Source of the DNA: Camelus dromedarius
Taxonomy: Eukaryota
Length of the DNA: 64,000 nt
NCBI RefSeq assembly: GCF_036321535.1
Contig: NC_087447.1
Span: 46,192,001 to 46,256,000, forward strand
Reading direction: 5' to 3'
The notes below the pieces were generated by a model. That model saw only the letters and a list, made by a program, of their open reading frames with translations, did not search any database and had not been told where the DNA came from. The position numbers were made by a program, and so were the translations under genes. Every line of letters starts with the position of its first letter. Position 1 is the first letter of the stretch. Positions 11,641 to 22,246 of the stretch are shown in pieces.

Positions 11641-12436
11641 TACTTGGCTCCCAGGTCTTAATTGTCTCAGTACTTACAGGAGAAAGGAATGTAACTATCA
11701 CTTAGGAACCCCAGTTCTTAACTCCCACAGTTCACTACGCCACCTTTTTTCCTGGGGAATACCAAACTCTTCTCTCAATATCTTTACATTTCCAGTTCCT
11801 TCAGTTTGGTAGATGTCTTTAAGTGTGGTTATGTCCTTCATCACTTGATCATTAGCTCAGATATGTCTTAGAGGAATCATGCTTGAAGTCATGTCTTTAT
11901 GCGGCCTTTTTCTCCTGTTAGACTATGTTATACTGTGAGAACGTGTTCACGTTTATACGACCAATGGCTAAAACGTTCTAGCAGCAGAAGATACTTCAAT
12001 ATATTGAGGCCCAGAACACTCATCAAGGGATCAGAATATGAGACCACCTGGATGTTGTGGGTTGCAAGTCAAGGATGATACTAACCGTGTCCCAGGTGAC
12101 AGTGTGGGCAGCACTCAGTTCGAGCCGGGACTCAGGCTGAGGACGTTCTGAGGTAGCCACCCTCTCCCTGAGGGACCGGGCCACACTAAGCAGTCTGGAC
12201 TTTCTTGATGTGATAGTGGAGGCTTAGAAAAAGCCCAAGGATCCTTGTACCTCAGGAAGCAGTGCTGTATTGTATCACTGACAATGTGGTGGTTACTCTG
12301 CCAGTCAGCAGGAAAATAGAACCAGCTCACAGAAGTTAGCTGACAGAATTCGTAGGATGAATTGGATCAGGAGGAATGACATGGTTAAGGAATCTAGTTA
12401 TGCACCCAGTTGGCCTTCTGCTCTGCCTTCCCACAG

Positions 12437-12760
12437 GATTAAATCCTCATTCAGCAAAAAGAGATCACAAGTTTTTTCCTTGAAGTTCATGAAAAGTTAA
12501 TGTTTGAGGGCTGAGGTTTGTCCTCCCTAATTTCAGAAGATCCGTAATCTTCTCGTAAATTCTGACACCACTGCCTCAATATTCATGCAGAGGCTCACAG
12601 ATACCTTTCAACATTTGCTGATGAAACTGCTGACCCGGCAGGGTTAGATTGTCCTCACCTGCAGCTACCTCTTAGAGAGATGATCTGGATCCAGTGTCGC
12701 ACAAAGATTCTTCTGTTTCAGGCCGGGATGGCTCTTGATGGGATTATCTCAGGATCCTGT
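12437..12760 (+). other. Exon-like module, copy 2, containing a 20-aa ORF at 12585-12647 (MQRLTDTFQHLLMKLLTRQG)
   Basis: Preceded by acceptor ttctgctctgccttcccacAG; shares anchors with copy 1 (tgagggctgag, ttcagaag, gctcacagat, cctcacctg, tatctYaggatcctgt). Confidence 0.5.
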
Positions 12761-15700
12761 GATTTTTCTACCACTTGGCACTGCAGCAAAGCAGTCTCTG
12801 CTCCAAGCTCACTGTGCTCTGTAGCCTGAGAAGGACAGATGTAGTCAGCAAACAGCTCAGGTTTTGTGAGTGCTGTGCACGGTCACTTCGGAGTTTCTCT
12901 CTAAACAGATGGGAATAGATGTTATCAGTTCTCCCAAATTACCAAACAACTTTTCTTCCCTTCTGCAGTTATCCTCACCAATTGAAAAAATGCAAACAAC
13001 CAGATCAGAATGGAGTATTAACTTGAATGCACAATCTAAATGTCTTTTTTTGTCTCCTGGGGAGGAAGAAGACCAGGAGACCAGCATCGTGCATTTTTGG
13101 GGAAATGGAGCAGAAGTTCTCATGGGGACAGGGGAAAAGAACAAGGAACAGGGTTTCTCCCACATGCCTGTCCCCAGGTGTGAATTCTTTCATCTTAACT
13201 GTTGAGCTTAATACAAGTTGTAAATCAGGCTGGTCCTTCTGGTGGAGACGACCATCTGAGTAATAGGATGGTCCTTATAGTGACAAGGACTCCACAGGCA
13301 CCAGTCACAAGTGCACAGGCAAAGCTGTGCCCGTTGGGAGGGCTCCCCCCACCACTGTTATTCCCGGCCTCTCTGGAGTGGGATTGTGCATCAGCCATCC
13401 AGCCTTGCCTTGCACTCACAAGTAGATCTATCCATGAATCAAACTTGACCATTTTCTTTTCTCATTTCTGGAATGCATGTGACTCAACAAGGCCTCCAAC
13501 ATGCTACATTTCATGTGCTCGATAGCCATGTGTGACTCGTGATTACTGAATTGAACAGCATTAGATGTTAGAGTTGTGCAGGATGTTAGAGTGCCCTGCA
13601 TTAACGGAGTAAAGTATGCAGAGAAATCAAACTAGTGTACAGATCAAATGGTAGCCTTGGCTAATTCTGTTTTCAGAATGGCCTTCCAGGTTTCTCCAGA
13701 CTTGGCTACATCAACAACATTTTACTCCCTCATTGGTCAGTCGTTGGGCTGCCCTAGAAGAGCTGTGGCCTTGAAGTCTGAGGCTGCGACAGTCCTGGAG
13801 AAGCCGACAGAAAGGCTGCTTGGTAGCAACAGCTTTTGGGGCATAAATGCTTCACTAAAGGGAAGTCTGGTGGCACATCAGTGTTGCTACCAAGGGAGAC
13901 CCGCAAATCTCCAGTTCTAGATCTCTAAACCTCAAGTTTCTTAGGCTCCTTGAATTCAGCCTGTTCCAAATTTGAGATACATCACTTCATGAAACATTTG
14001 AGTCTGACTTTTTTACCCCCAGAATCCTAACTCAAATAGATCACTCCTTGTTCTTATGATTGGAAAGGAATGCAAAATCTCCATGATACCCTTTATGGGT
14101 CAAATAGTAAAACTAAGTTTAATCAGCCAGTGGCTTTGCCTCTGGTTTTTCGGTATGGGGCCCTGTGAAGTTCCCCAAAGGAGCCCAAATGGGAATTTTT
14201 CCAGACTGAGTACTCCTGAGGACTCCTTGGTCTACTGAAAGTCCTTTCTTCCTTATCCATAATAGAACCCCTTTCTGCCTTCCCCCCTCCTTCCCCTTCT
14301 CTCCCACCTCAGATAAGGTAAACAGAGAAAAGGGAATGGCCACAGGCAGATGGTGTTTCAGGGGGGTTGATGGCAGAAAGGCCATGGGTAGGCTTAGGTG
14401 GGAAGCGTGGGACACCCCCCCCCCCCCCCGTCTCTGGCTGCTTTCAGAAGCCAGCCATCTCCCCCTCCTCCCACGTTCTCCCAGTGCTCCTTTCACTCCG
14501 TCTCTGACATAAGATCTCAATCTTGTGTCCACTTGGTAACACTAAACACATTTCTGAAGTGGAAATTCAGTCTATCCCTTAGTCTCCTTAGGCATTCTAC
14601 TAGCATTTCTTAAGGATTTGCTTCAGTGTGAAATTCTATTGGTATTTATTCAGCTTACCTTAACATTGAGTAAGCTTGTGCATGCCTACCAGTGATTTCC
14701 TGTTATCTAGGTACCCTAAGCCAGTCTGAGCAGGTTTTCTACTGGGAAGTAGGCTTGTGCCTCATGGGCTAGAGGAACAATACCCAAACCCTCAGGCTGA
14801 GCACTTGTGTTCATGTCGTGGGGGATTTTTCATCTCATACCTTGTTTGAGTCTAAGTGGGGGGATATTGCTTAGATGGCTAGAAGTATGGAAGATGTCTT
14901 CTGAAATGGCACAAGTAAGGGGTATTTCATGCTATAACTGAAGTCTCTTTGTGGCAAGGAAATAACTTATTTTTCCCCACATCCTTCTGCACTTTTGTCC
15001 AAGTGCAGAATTGCCTTCCCCTTTGAAGTCATCCAGGTGCATTTTTCATAAGCTACGAGATGCTCAGTACTGACTCGCATAATTCAGTAGCATGGCACAA
15101 AGTTTAGGAAAACCCTCAGGAACTGCTGTTCTTAGTGGAAGCTTCCCCACTATCTCAGTGATTCATCACCACTGGGTTGATGACTAGTGAATGGAAGTAT
15201 CCCACTCATCTGTAGGCCCTTCTCTTTGGAAGAAGCAATATGCAGCTAACTTAAAGAATTTATGTTATGGAGTCTATATCCCCTAAAGAGATTTTCTTAA
15301 AGGGCATATCTAAGTTTGGAAACAACTTTATATATGTTTTACAATGGGCATATCCTAGACTTCAAGACATGCTTTGTTATATGCATTATGGAAAAACTCC
15401 ATCACTTACCTGCAGGGTTGTATGGCCTCAAGTCTGCTCTAGCTGGAGATCAGCACAAAGAAGAGATTGGGAAATGTATGCCTCTTTGCCACATAGATGA
15501 GATTTCTTTCCGAGAGGAACATGCATTCTCATTAAGTACCATATTCTTCCTCCAAAGCTTAGCACTGGTACAGTGTTCTGGACTCTTAACTGGGATTTAT
15601 TCCTTGGCCCCTAAACCCCTGCCACCCCCTTGTTGGCACTATTTCACCCACTCCTGCACATGCACTCCCTGTATACCTATGAAGAAAATGAGGCTACCCA

Positions 15701-15822
15701 TAGTCTTCTGCCTAGTCCTTGGTTAGTATTCTTGACTCCTGCTTTTTCCTATCTATATTCTTAGATCTTCTATCTTTAGTCTGGCCTCAGTTACTAACCT
15801 CAGTTATCAAGAAAGATTGTCT

Positions 15823-15952
15823 GATTCATTATCTTGTAAGCATGGTGAAAAAGAATATGAAAATGAATGTATGTATATTCATGTATGACTGAAGTATTGT
15901 GCTGTACACCAGAAATTGACACATTGTAAACTGACTATACCTCAATAAAAAA
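15823..15952 (+). mobile_element. 5'-truncated L1 3' end, specific to copy A
   Basis: L1 tail (...gtaaactgactatacctcaataaaaaaa) flanked by duplicated attgtct; the site is empty in copy B near 38745. Confidence 0.85.
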
Positions 15953-16040
15953 ATTGTCTCCTTATTAGTAAACATAAAAAACATAGGTCATTCACCTGAG
16001 AGCTCAGTGTTTAAACGTCCAAGAAAGCAATTTCCTAGTT

Positions 16041-16170
16041 TTTTTTCTTCTAAGTTGGTGGTATTGTAGTTGAGTTGATCTTTCTTTTTAACATTTTTTA
16101 TTGAGTTATAGTCATTTTACAATTGTGTCAAATTCCAGTGTAGAGCACAATTTTTCAATTATATGTGAAC
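16041..16170 (-). mobile_element. 5'-truncated young L1 with 15-bp TSD and a probable short 3' transduction
   Basis: TSD agcaatttcctagtt at 16026-16040 and 16171-16185; same 3' end as the L1s at 21405-22170 and 61180-61356. Confidence 0.88.
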
Positions 16171-17094
16171 AGCAATTTCCTAGTTCTCAGAAAAGTAGTG
16201 ACCTTGGTTGTCAGGTGGTTCCAATGATGTGTTTATGAAGAATTCTACTTGTAAAAAAAACAAAAATAAACACTTAGCAGCACTTCTCTGGGGAATGTAA
16301 AACTTAGTCAATTTTGATGTGACCAGTGTTGAACACGGCATGGGGCATGATGACCACTAGATGTCTAGGGTTTCTAGACTGAAAACATGTGGGAGGTAAT
16401 TACTTAAGGTCTGTAGATATAAAATAGGTGATAGCTGGACCATGATCATTTTCAATAGTCAGATTACATTGGAAGCCAGGAGAAAATACCAGTAACTTCT
16501 AACAGCAAGCATCCTTACCTGAACCCCAATCATCCCAAGTTAGGCATCCCCAACCTTTTTTTCCTACTATGATCCTTCTTCATAGGTATAGAGCACCTGA
16601 TAGGAAATGGCACCAATCAGCCAAATTTTGCGTGTCCTCAGCCTCTTGCTCAGGGCATGTGAAAGTGCAAAAGCCCAAATCTCAAAGCCAATTATGCCAA
16701 TTGGAAGAAATCGATGAGACACTTCCTTCTCAGTGCATTTATGTCAGTGAACTTGATCTTCCTAATTGAAAACAAAGCCTTTCATAGCAAAAGAGATACC
16801 TAAAGACCATAATAAAAACATATATAAGATTATAAACTGGAGAGGACAGCCCTATTTTAGTCTTATTGTCAGAAACATGAGAGCTTAGACACCAGAGAAC
16901 GTAAGTCTGAGACTCTTACAGAGTTAAAAGAAATCACTGAAATCAAAAGATCTCCAGTGTGAAAGAATCTGAATATTTGGAATTTAGGTAAACTAAAGTG
17001 CTAATTTGGTATTTAAACAGGCAACATATTCTCTAATAGAGATGAGTTTCTGTGAAGGTAGAGCAGTCCAAAGACGACTCTATTTCTGATCTTA

Positions 17095-17680
17095 ACTGCA
17101 GAGTTTGGGGTCCACAAAACCACCCTCACTACTGACACCAGTTGCATGTTCAGAGATCTCCAAGACCACCCTAAGATTTGGTAACTCTCTGGAAGGACGA
17201 AATACTCACTAAAAGCTGTTATACACGTCGCCACACTGTATTACAGTGAAAGGATACAGGTGTAAGTCAGCACAGACAGAATCCAGAAAGGTGCCCTGCA
17301 CAGAGCTTCCAGGTGCCTTCTCCCAGTGGAGTCACAGAAGCACTAACTGTCCTGGCAACAATGTGAGACCATTCGTGGAATACTTTCCCTCTAGCGTTGC
17401 TCATCTTATGTCCGGAGACTTGACTGGGGCTTGGTCATATAGACTAGGCTGACTGCCCGTGTGGCTGACTTGTCTCCAGCCCCTGCAGAGGTCAGGTGAA
17501 TACCATGTGACCACCACCCTAAACCACACGGGACTACCTGGTGTGGCCCAAAGCCCCCAGGTAAAGACATTTATCAGGCATGGCATTCCAAAAGCTTAGA
17601 GATCACTTCCCAGGAAACTAGAGAAAAGGCCAGCCCACCAAATCACCAGATTTGGGTGAGATCAATTCTTCACTACACTT
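17095..17680 (-). mobile_element. MER21-like LTR; paralogous copy at about 39770-40325
   Basis: ccaagaccaccctaagatttggtaactctctggaagga...ctcactaaaagctgttatac...aattcttcactaca. Confidence 0.7.
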
Positions 17681-17929
17681 TTTTAAAGCTCTCTCTAACA
17701 TGAGAGTTTTTGAACAATTAAGAACTAAGAATTAACCGTGAAAACCCATAGTTAAGGATTCTCTTGTTAAAGTTAAGTGGACTTCAGACCCAGCTATTTC
17801 TTTAAAATGTCTGAGTTCTAAATGCACAATGTTTTGCTTTCATCAAGCAAATGTAAGAGCATTACTTCTGATAGCTGCTGTTAAAAAAAGAAAAGAAAAA
17901 AAGAAAAGAAAAAAAGAAAAGAAAAAAAA

Positions 17930-18100
17930 ATACCTGAAGAGGAAGGAATTCTGTCTTCAGACTGCCTTCAGACTCAAGGCTGCACCATCAGCTCTTGCTG
18001 GAATTTCCATTCTGCCGCCCTGTCCTACACATACTGGACTTGCTAGCCCCCATAATCACATGAGCCAGTTCCTTAAAATAAATATCTCTCAATATATTAA
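17930..18100 (+). mobile_element. MLT2-like LTR fragment, absent from copy B
   Basis: cagactgccttcagactcaaggctgca...ggacttgctagcccccataatcacatgagccagttccttaaaataaat. Confidence 0.7.
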
Positions 18101-18515
18101 AAAAAAATCTGACTCCTGGAGAAATCTGTATTGAAATGCATTTTAAGATTGTTGAAAAACATCTGAAGACACGATGACTACTTCCTCAAAGCAACCTCTT
18201 CCTACCTCTGAGTGTGTAACTGTATGTAAAGGTTATAACTAGAACGTACTCTATAGTAACAATTTTTATAAGTTACCAAAGACTGGACCAGCTGGGCCAA
18301 AATCACCTATGGTATCTATTGAAAGCGTAGACTTTTCTCAACCCCATCCAAGACTAAAGCAATGTCAGGGTGCCATCTTAACAGATAACTTGATATTCCA
18401 GGTTTTCACTTTATATTCTGCTACACAGAGGTCTTACTTTAAAATGACTTTAACTACATCCTATGTTATGAATGCAGTATTAATACCAAACAACTCCTGT
18501 AAAGATTGCAGTTAT

Positions 18516-18609
18516 GGGGGTAGGTATAGCTGAGTGGTAGAGTGCATGCTTAGCATGCACTAGGTCCTGAGTTCAACCCCAGTACCTCCATTTAAAAAAA
18601 AAAAAAAAA
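18516..18609 (+). mobile_element. tRNA-derived SINE, camelid vic-1-like
   Basis: gggggtaggtatagctgagtggtagagtgcatgcttagcatgcactaggtcctgagttcaacccc followed by poly-A; A box and B box present; absent from copy B near 41130. Confidence 0.8.
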
Positions 18610-21404
18610 GCCATTAGATACGTTTCTTGTTGAACTAGCAAGTCTTTTAAAACTAATTACTAGTTTTCTGATGAGAGAACAGCTGAGTGCCAGGTTCATA
18701 GCTAACTAAAAAAGGGCACATCACAAACTTCTACCTTCCTAGAAATAGGAATTTTCTTAAGGAATTGGAAAGTACTACGTGAATTCTAGAGTATTCTGTG
18801 GTGTATGATTAGGCACTGACTCTCTAGCCTCACAGCCACCTGCTGAAATAGCAATAGGATTTGCCTACTTCTAAAAATGCTAAACACGAAGACGCCACTG
18901 TATGTACTAGTGCGATGTGAGCTGAAAATTGACTCAGGTACAGACCAATTTCAGGACTACACCTCCAAATGTAGATTGGTAAACTAAATGTTCTTTTGGT
19001 TACTTTAGTTGGATTGGGTGACACTGACTTGAACTAAAAGTTTACTGAATCTGGAAGACTTTCTATTTCCAGTGCTGAACATTGCTAACATCAGACTCCA
19101 CTGACAAGCTAGCTATCTGCTTAGAATACACATTTCAGGAACCTGCAGCTCTCATGTATGAATACACTGTGCGTTCCTTAGCACAGATAATGTACCTCAA
19201 ATGAGTGAGTCCTCATGGGGAGGCACTTTGTTCACACTTTCCCAACCTCTAGGGAACCTGGAGGCAACTATCAATACAGATCTTCAGGAGAAGAATATTG
19301 CACCTCAGATTGCGTTTCAATTTGTCAATCTCTGTAGCATCTTAAAACATGTAGACTTAGGGTGGGAGTCAGGTTTTTTTAAAGACCAGAAAAAGACCTC
19401 AAAGAAGTCATGGTGGTAATTTACCATGAGCTCTAATGTAACATGGGCCTACTGTGTATCTGGAATCTGAATACAGAAATCAGGGGACTGAAGTCAGTGG
19501 TCAAATTCAAATCACAAATTTGCTCTGATGAATAATATCCTGAATATCATAAACTGTCAATATTCATAGCTCTTAGCAAAGCGTGTTTGCTTAATTCTGT
19601 GAGAGAAACAGTGTGATTGTTTAACAAGTGATCCAGTTACCACACCAACTCCCCAAATTCCTTGCAATCCATTATGAATAAAATGGACCATTGTGGAAGA
19701 TGGGATCAAGATCTCCTAATATTAGGAAAAGTCAATTGTCATTGAGACATAACTTAAGAAGCCTCACTCCAAGCTGGGGAAATTTTCCTATCATTAAACT
19801 TGTGGGTAGTGAGACAACTTCTGGTTAAAAGTAACAGAATCTGAGTGAGATACCAAGAAACTTAGTTAACATCCTACACTTAGGATCCTGGGGCTTTATA
19901 GTATCTTGCTGACAACTTGAGTCAGCATCCTAACTAGTTTTGAGGAAATAACACGACCTCCTGCCAACATGGAACCTCTCCACAAACACAAGAGAAGTTA
20001 TGAATAAGCATTAGCATGTGATACATGCCACAAGCAACTAAAGAGATTGCAAAGACAAATTTTTATCCATTTTTATAGCCAAGCTGATAGTTCCAATTAC
20101 ATGCATGTTATCAAGATAGATGATAGCTAAATACTGAAAAACACCACTGGTCACACAATTATCCTTAATTCGCAGGTAATTGGGGTGGCCACTGTATTTA
20201 ATGTTGTGTACAAAGAGCTGATTGTCTTGACTGAGACCATACCTGGACTCGGGGTCAGCGGCACACATCCTGGAACCTATGTGATTGAAATGACACAATT
20301 CCAATGGGAAGTCAATTCACGGATCTCTGTGTCAAGGTAGAAAGTAATTCATTTTAGACTCACCCTTTCTTATCCTCAATAATTCATATCCCTGCAGGGA
20401 TGAGGGGTCCAAGAGGCTACATCATTGTAGGGGCCCCAAAATGGGATTGAGTATGGAGAACTGCTCTATTTCCTGTCCTGTGTAGTTCTACAAAGCTAAG
20501 CCAATGTTATGCTAAGTTAAAGCCTACTGTGTCTGGTGGACATTAATCCAAACACATGACCACTGCTGGTAGTCATCCATCTGTCCTGATAATTCACCTT
20601 CCGATGGACTCTAATTCAGTGGGGTCTTTTTTCTTAGTTTCTCAAATATCTTTGTTCTGTCCTGTAAGTTCACCTTCCCTGGTGGTATTGGCAACTATCA
20701 GACACTGAGCCTGTGCTGCAAATTTCCCAGCATCAATCAAAGGGTGTATGAGCCCCTTGGATGAAGAGCTCAAGGCACCAAATATAGACAGTAAATCTTC
20801 CCCTACCCCACAAAAAACCATGTGCACTATGGAGAAGCAGACCTGGGGTGGGGTGAGAGGCAGAAATGTCCTTGTATGACTTGTCAATCCTAAAAGTGTA
20901 AGAAGGGTGGGAACACTTACCTGGGGTGAGTTGTAACACCAAAATGGGCGAAGACCACTAGCTATGAGCTGTGAATGTTTTAATACCAAACCGTAGTTTG
21001 GGTCTGAGAAAACCCCTGTAGGTAATAGCTATTAAATAAGTAACAATTTCCAAGAGTGGGCTCAGTAGAGATGAGGATCGTGCAACCTCAGGGAACAGGT
21101 GGAGAAAGGGGCCTCCACATAGGAAAAAGAGCCGAACAACTCAGGGCCTAAAATTCAGCAGAGTGGCTGGGATGCTGAGGAATCTCCAGGAGTACTGCAG
21201 TCTGCTTACTCTAAAAACCCAGAGCTGTTCACAGGTTTTGCCTCTATGAGGGCCAAGCAGTTGGTAATATATCCCCTTATATGCTCTTCCCATCCGTTCT
21301 GAGTACAGGAGTTGCAAGGGAGAGGAAGGAGCAACTTAAAATGCAAGCCTCTTTAAGTGGTAATCCAATAATGGTATCCAGGTTGGCTGCTACAGAGGAA
21401 AACT

Positions 21405-22170
21405 GGAGAAAAGGGAACCCTCCTACACTGCTGGTGGGAATGCAGTTTGGTGCAGCCACTGTGGAAAACAGTATGGAGAGTCCTCAAAAGACAAGGAATA
21501 GACTTACCATGAGACCCAGGAATCCTGCCTCCTGGGCATATATCCAGAAGGAACCCTATTTCAAAATGACACCTGCACCCCAGTGTTCATAGCAGCACTG
21601 TTTACAACAGCCAAGACACGGAAACAGCCTAAATGTCCATCAACAGATGACTGGATAAAGAAGAGGTGTGGTATATGTATACAATGGAATACTACTCAGC
21701 CATAAAAACCTACAACATAATGCCATTTGCAGCAACATGGATGTTCCTGGAGAATGTTGTTCTAAGTGAAGTAGGCCAGAAAGAGAAAGAAAAATACCAT
21801 ATGAGATTGCTCATATGTGGAATCTAAAAAAAAAAGTAAATAAATACAAAACAGAAACAGACTCATAGACATAGAATACAAACTTGTGGTTGCCAAGGGG
21901 GCAAGGGGTGGGAAGGGACAGACTCGAATTTCAAAATTTGTAGATACTGACAGGCATATGCAGAATAGATAAACAAGATTATACTGTATAGCACAGGGAA
22001 ATATATACAAGATCTTGTGGTAGCTCACAGTGGAAAAAAATGTGACAATGAATATATGTATGTTCATGTATAACTGAAAAATTGTGCTCTACACTGGAAT
22101 TTGACACAACATTGTAAAATGACTAACTCAAATGTAAACAAAACAAAACAACAACAAATAAAAAATAAAC
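21405..22170 (+). mobile_element. Young L1, 3' ~0.75 kb (end of ORF2, 3'UTR, A-rich tail)
   Basis: gagaaaagggaaccctcctacactgctggtgggaatg...atggaatactactcagccataaaa...gcagcaacatggatg. Confidence 0.92.
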
Positions 22171-22246
22171 CTAATTATCTCCCCCCTAAAGCAAACAAAA
22201 CTGCCCCCAAAATTTTAAAAAATTTTTTAAAAAATTTTAAGTATAT

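Noticed and set aside
12870..13205. 111-aa ORF downstream of module copy 2
   Set aside because: Non-ATG start and no recognisable domain; only a weak LSSPIEKMQ echo of the module.
14416..14429. Poly-C run and G-rich flank as a possible G-quadruplex
   Set aside because: Simple homopolymer with no supporting context.
18516..18592. Possible tRNA-Ala gene
   Set aside because: Poly-A tail, imperfect acceptor stem and absence from the paralogous site indicate a SINE.
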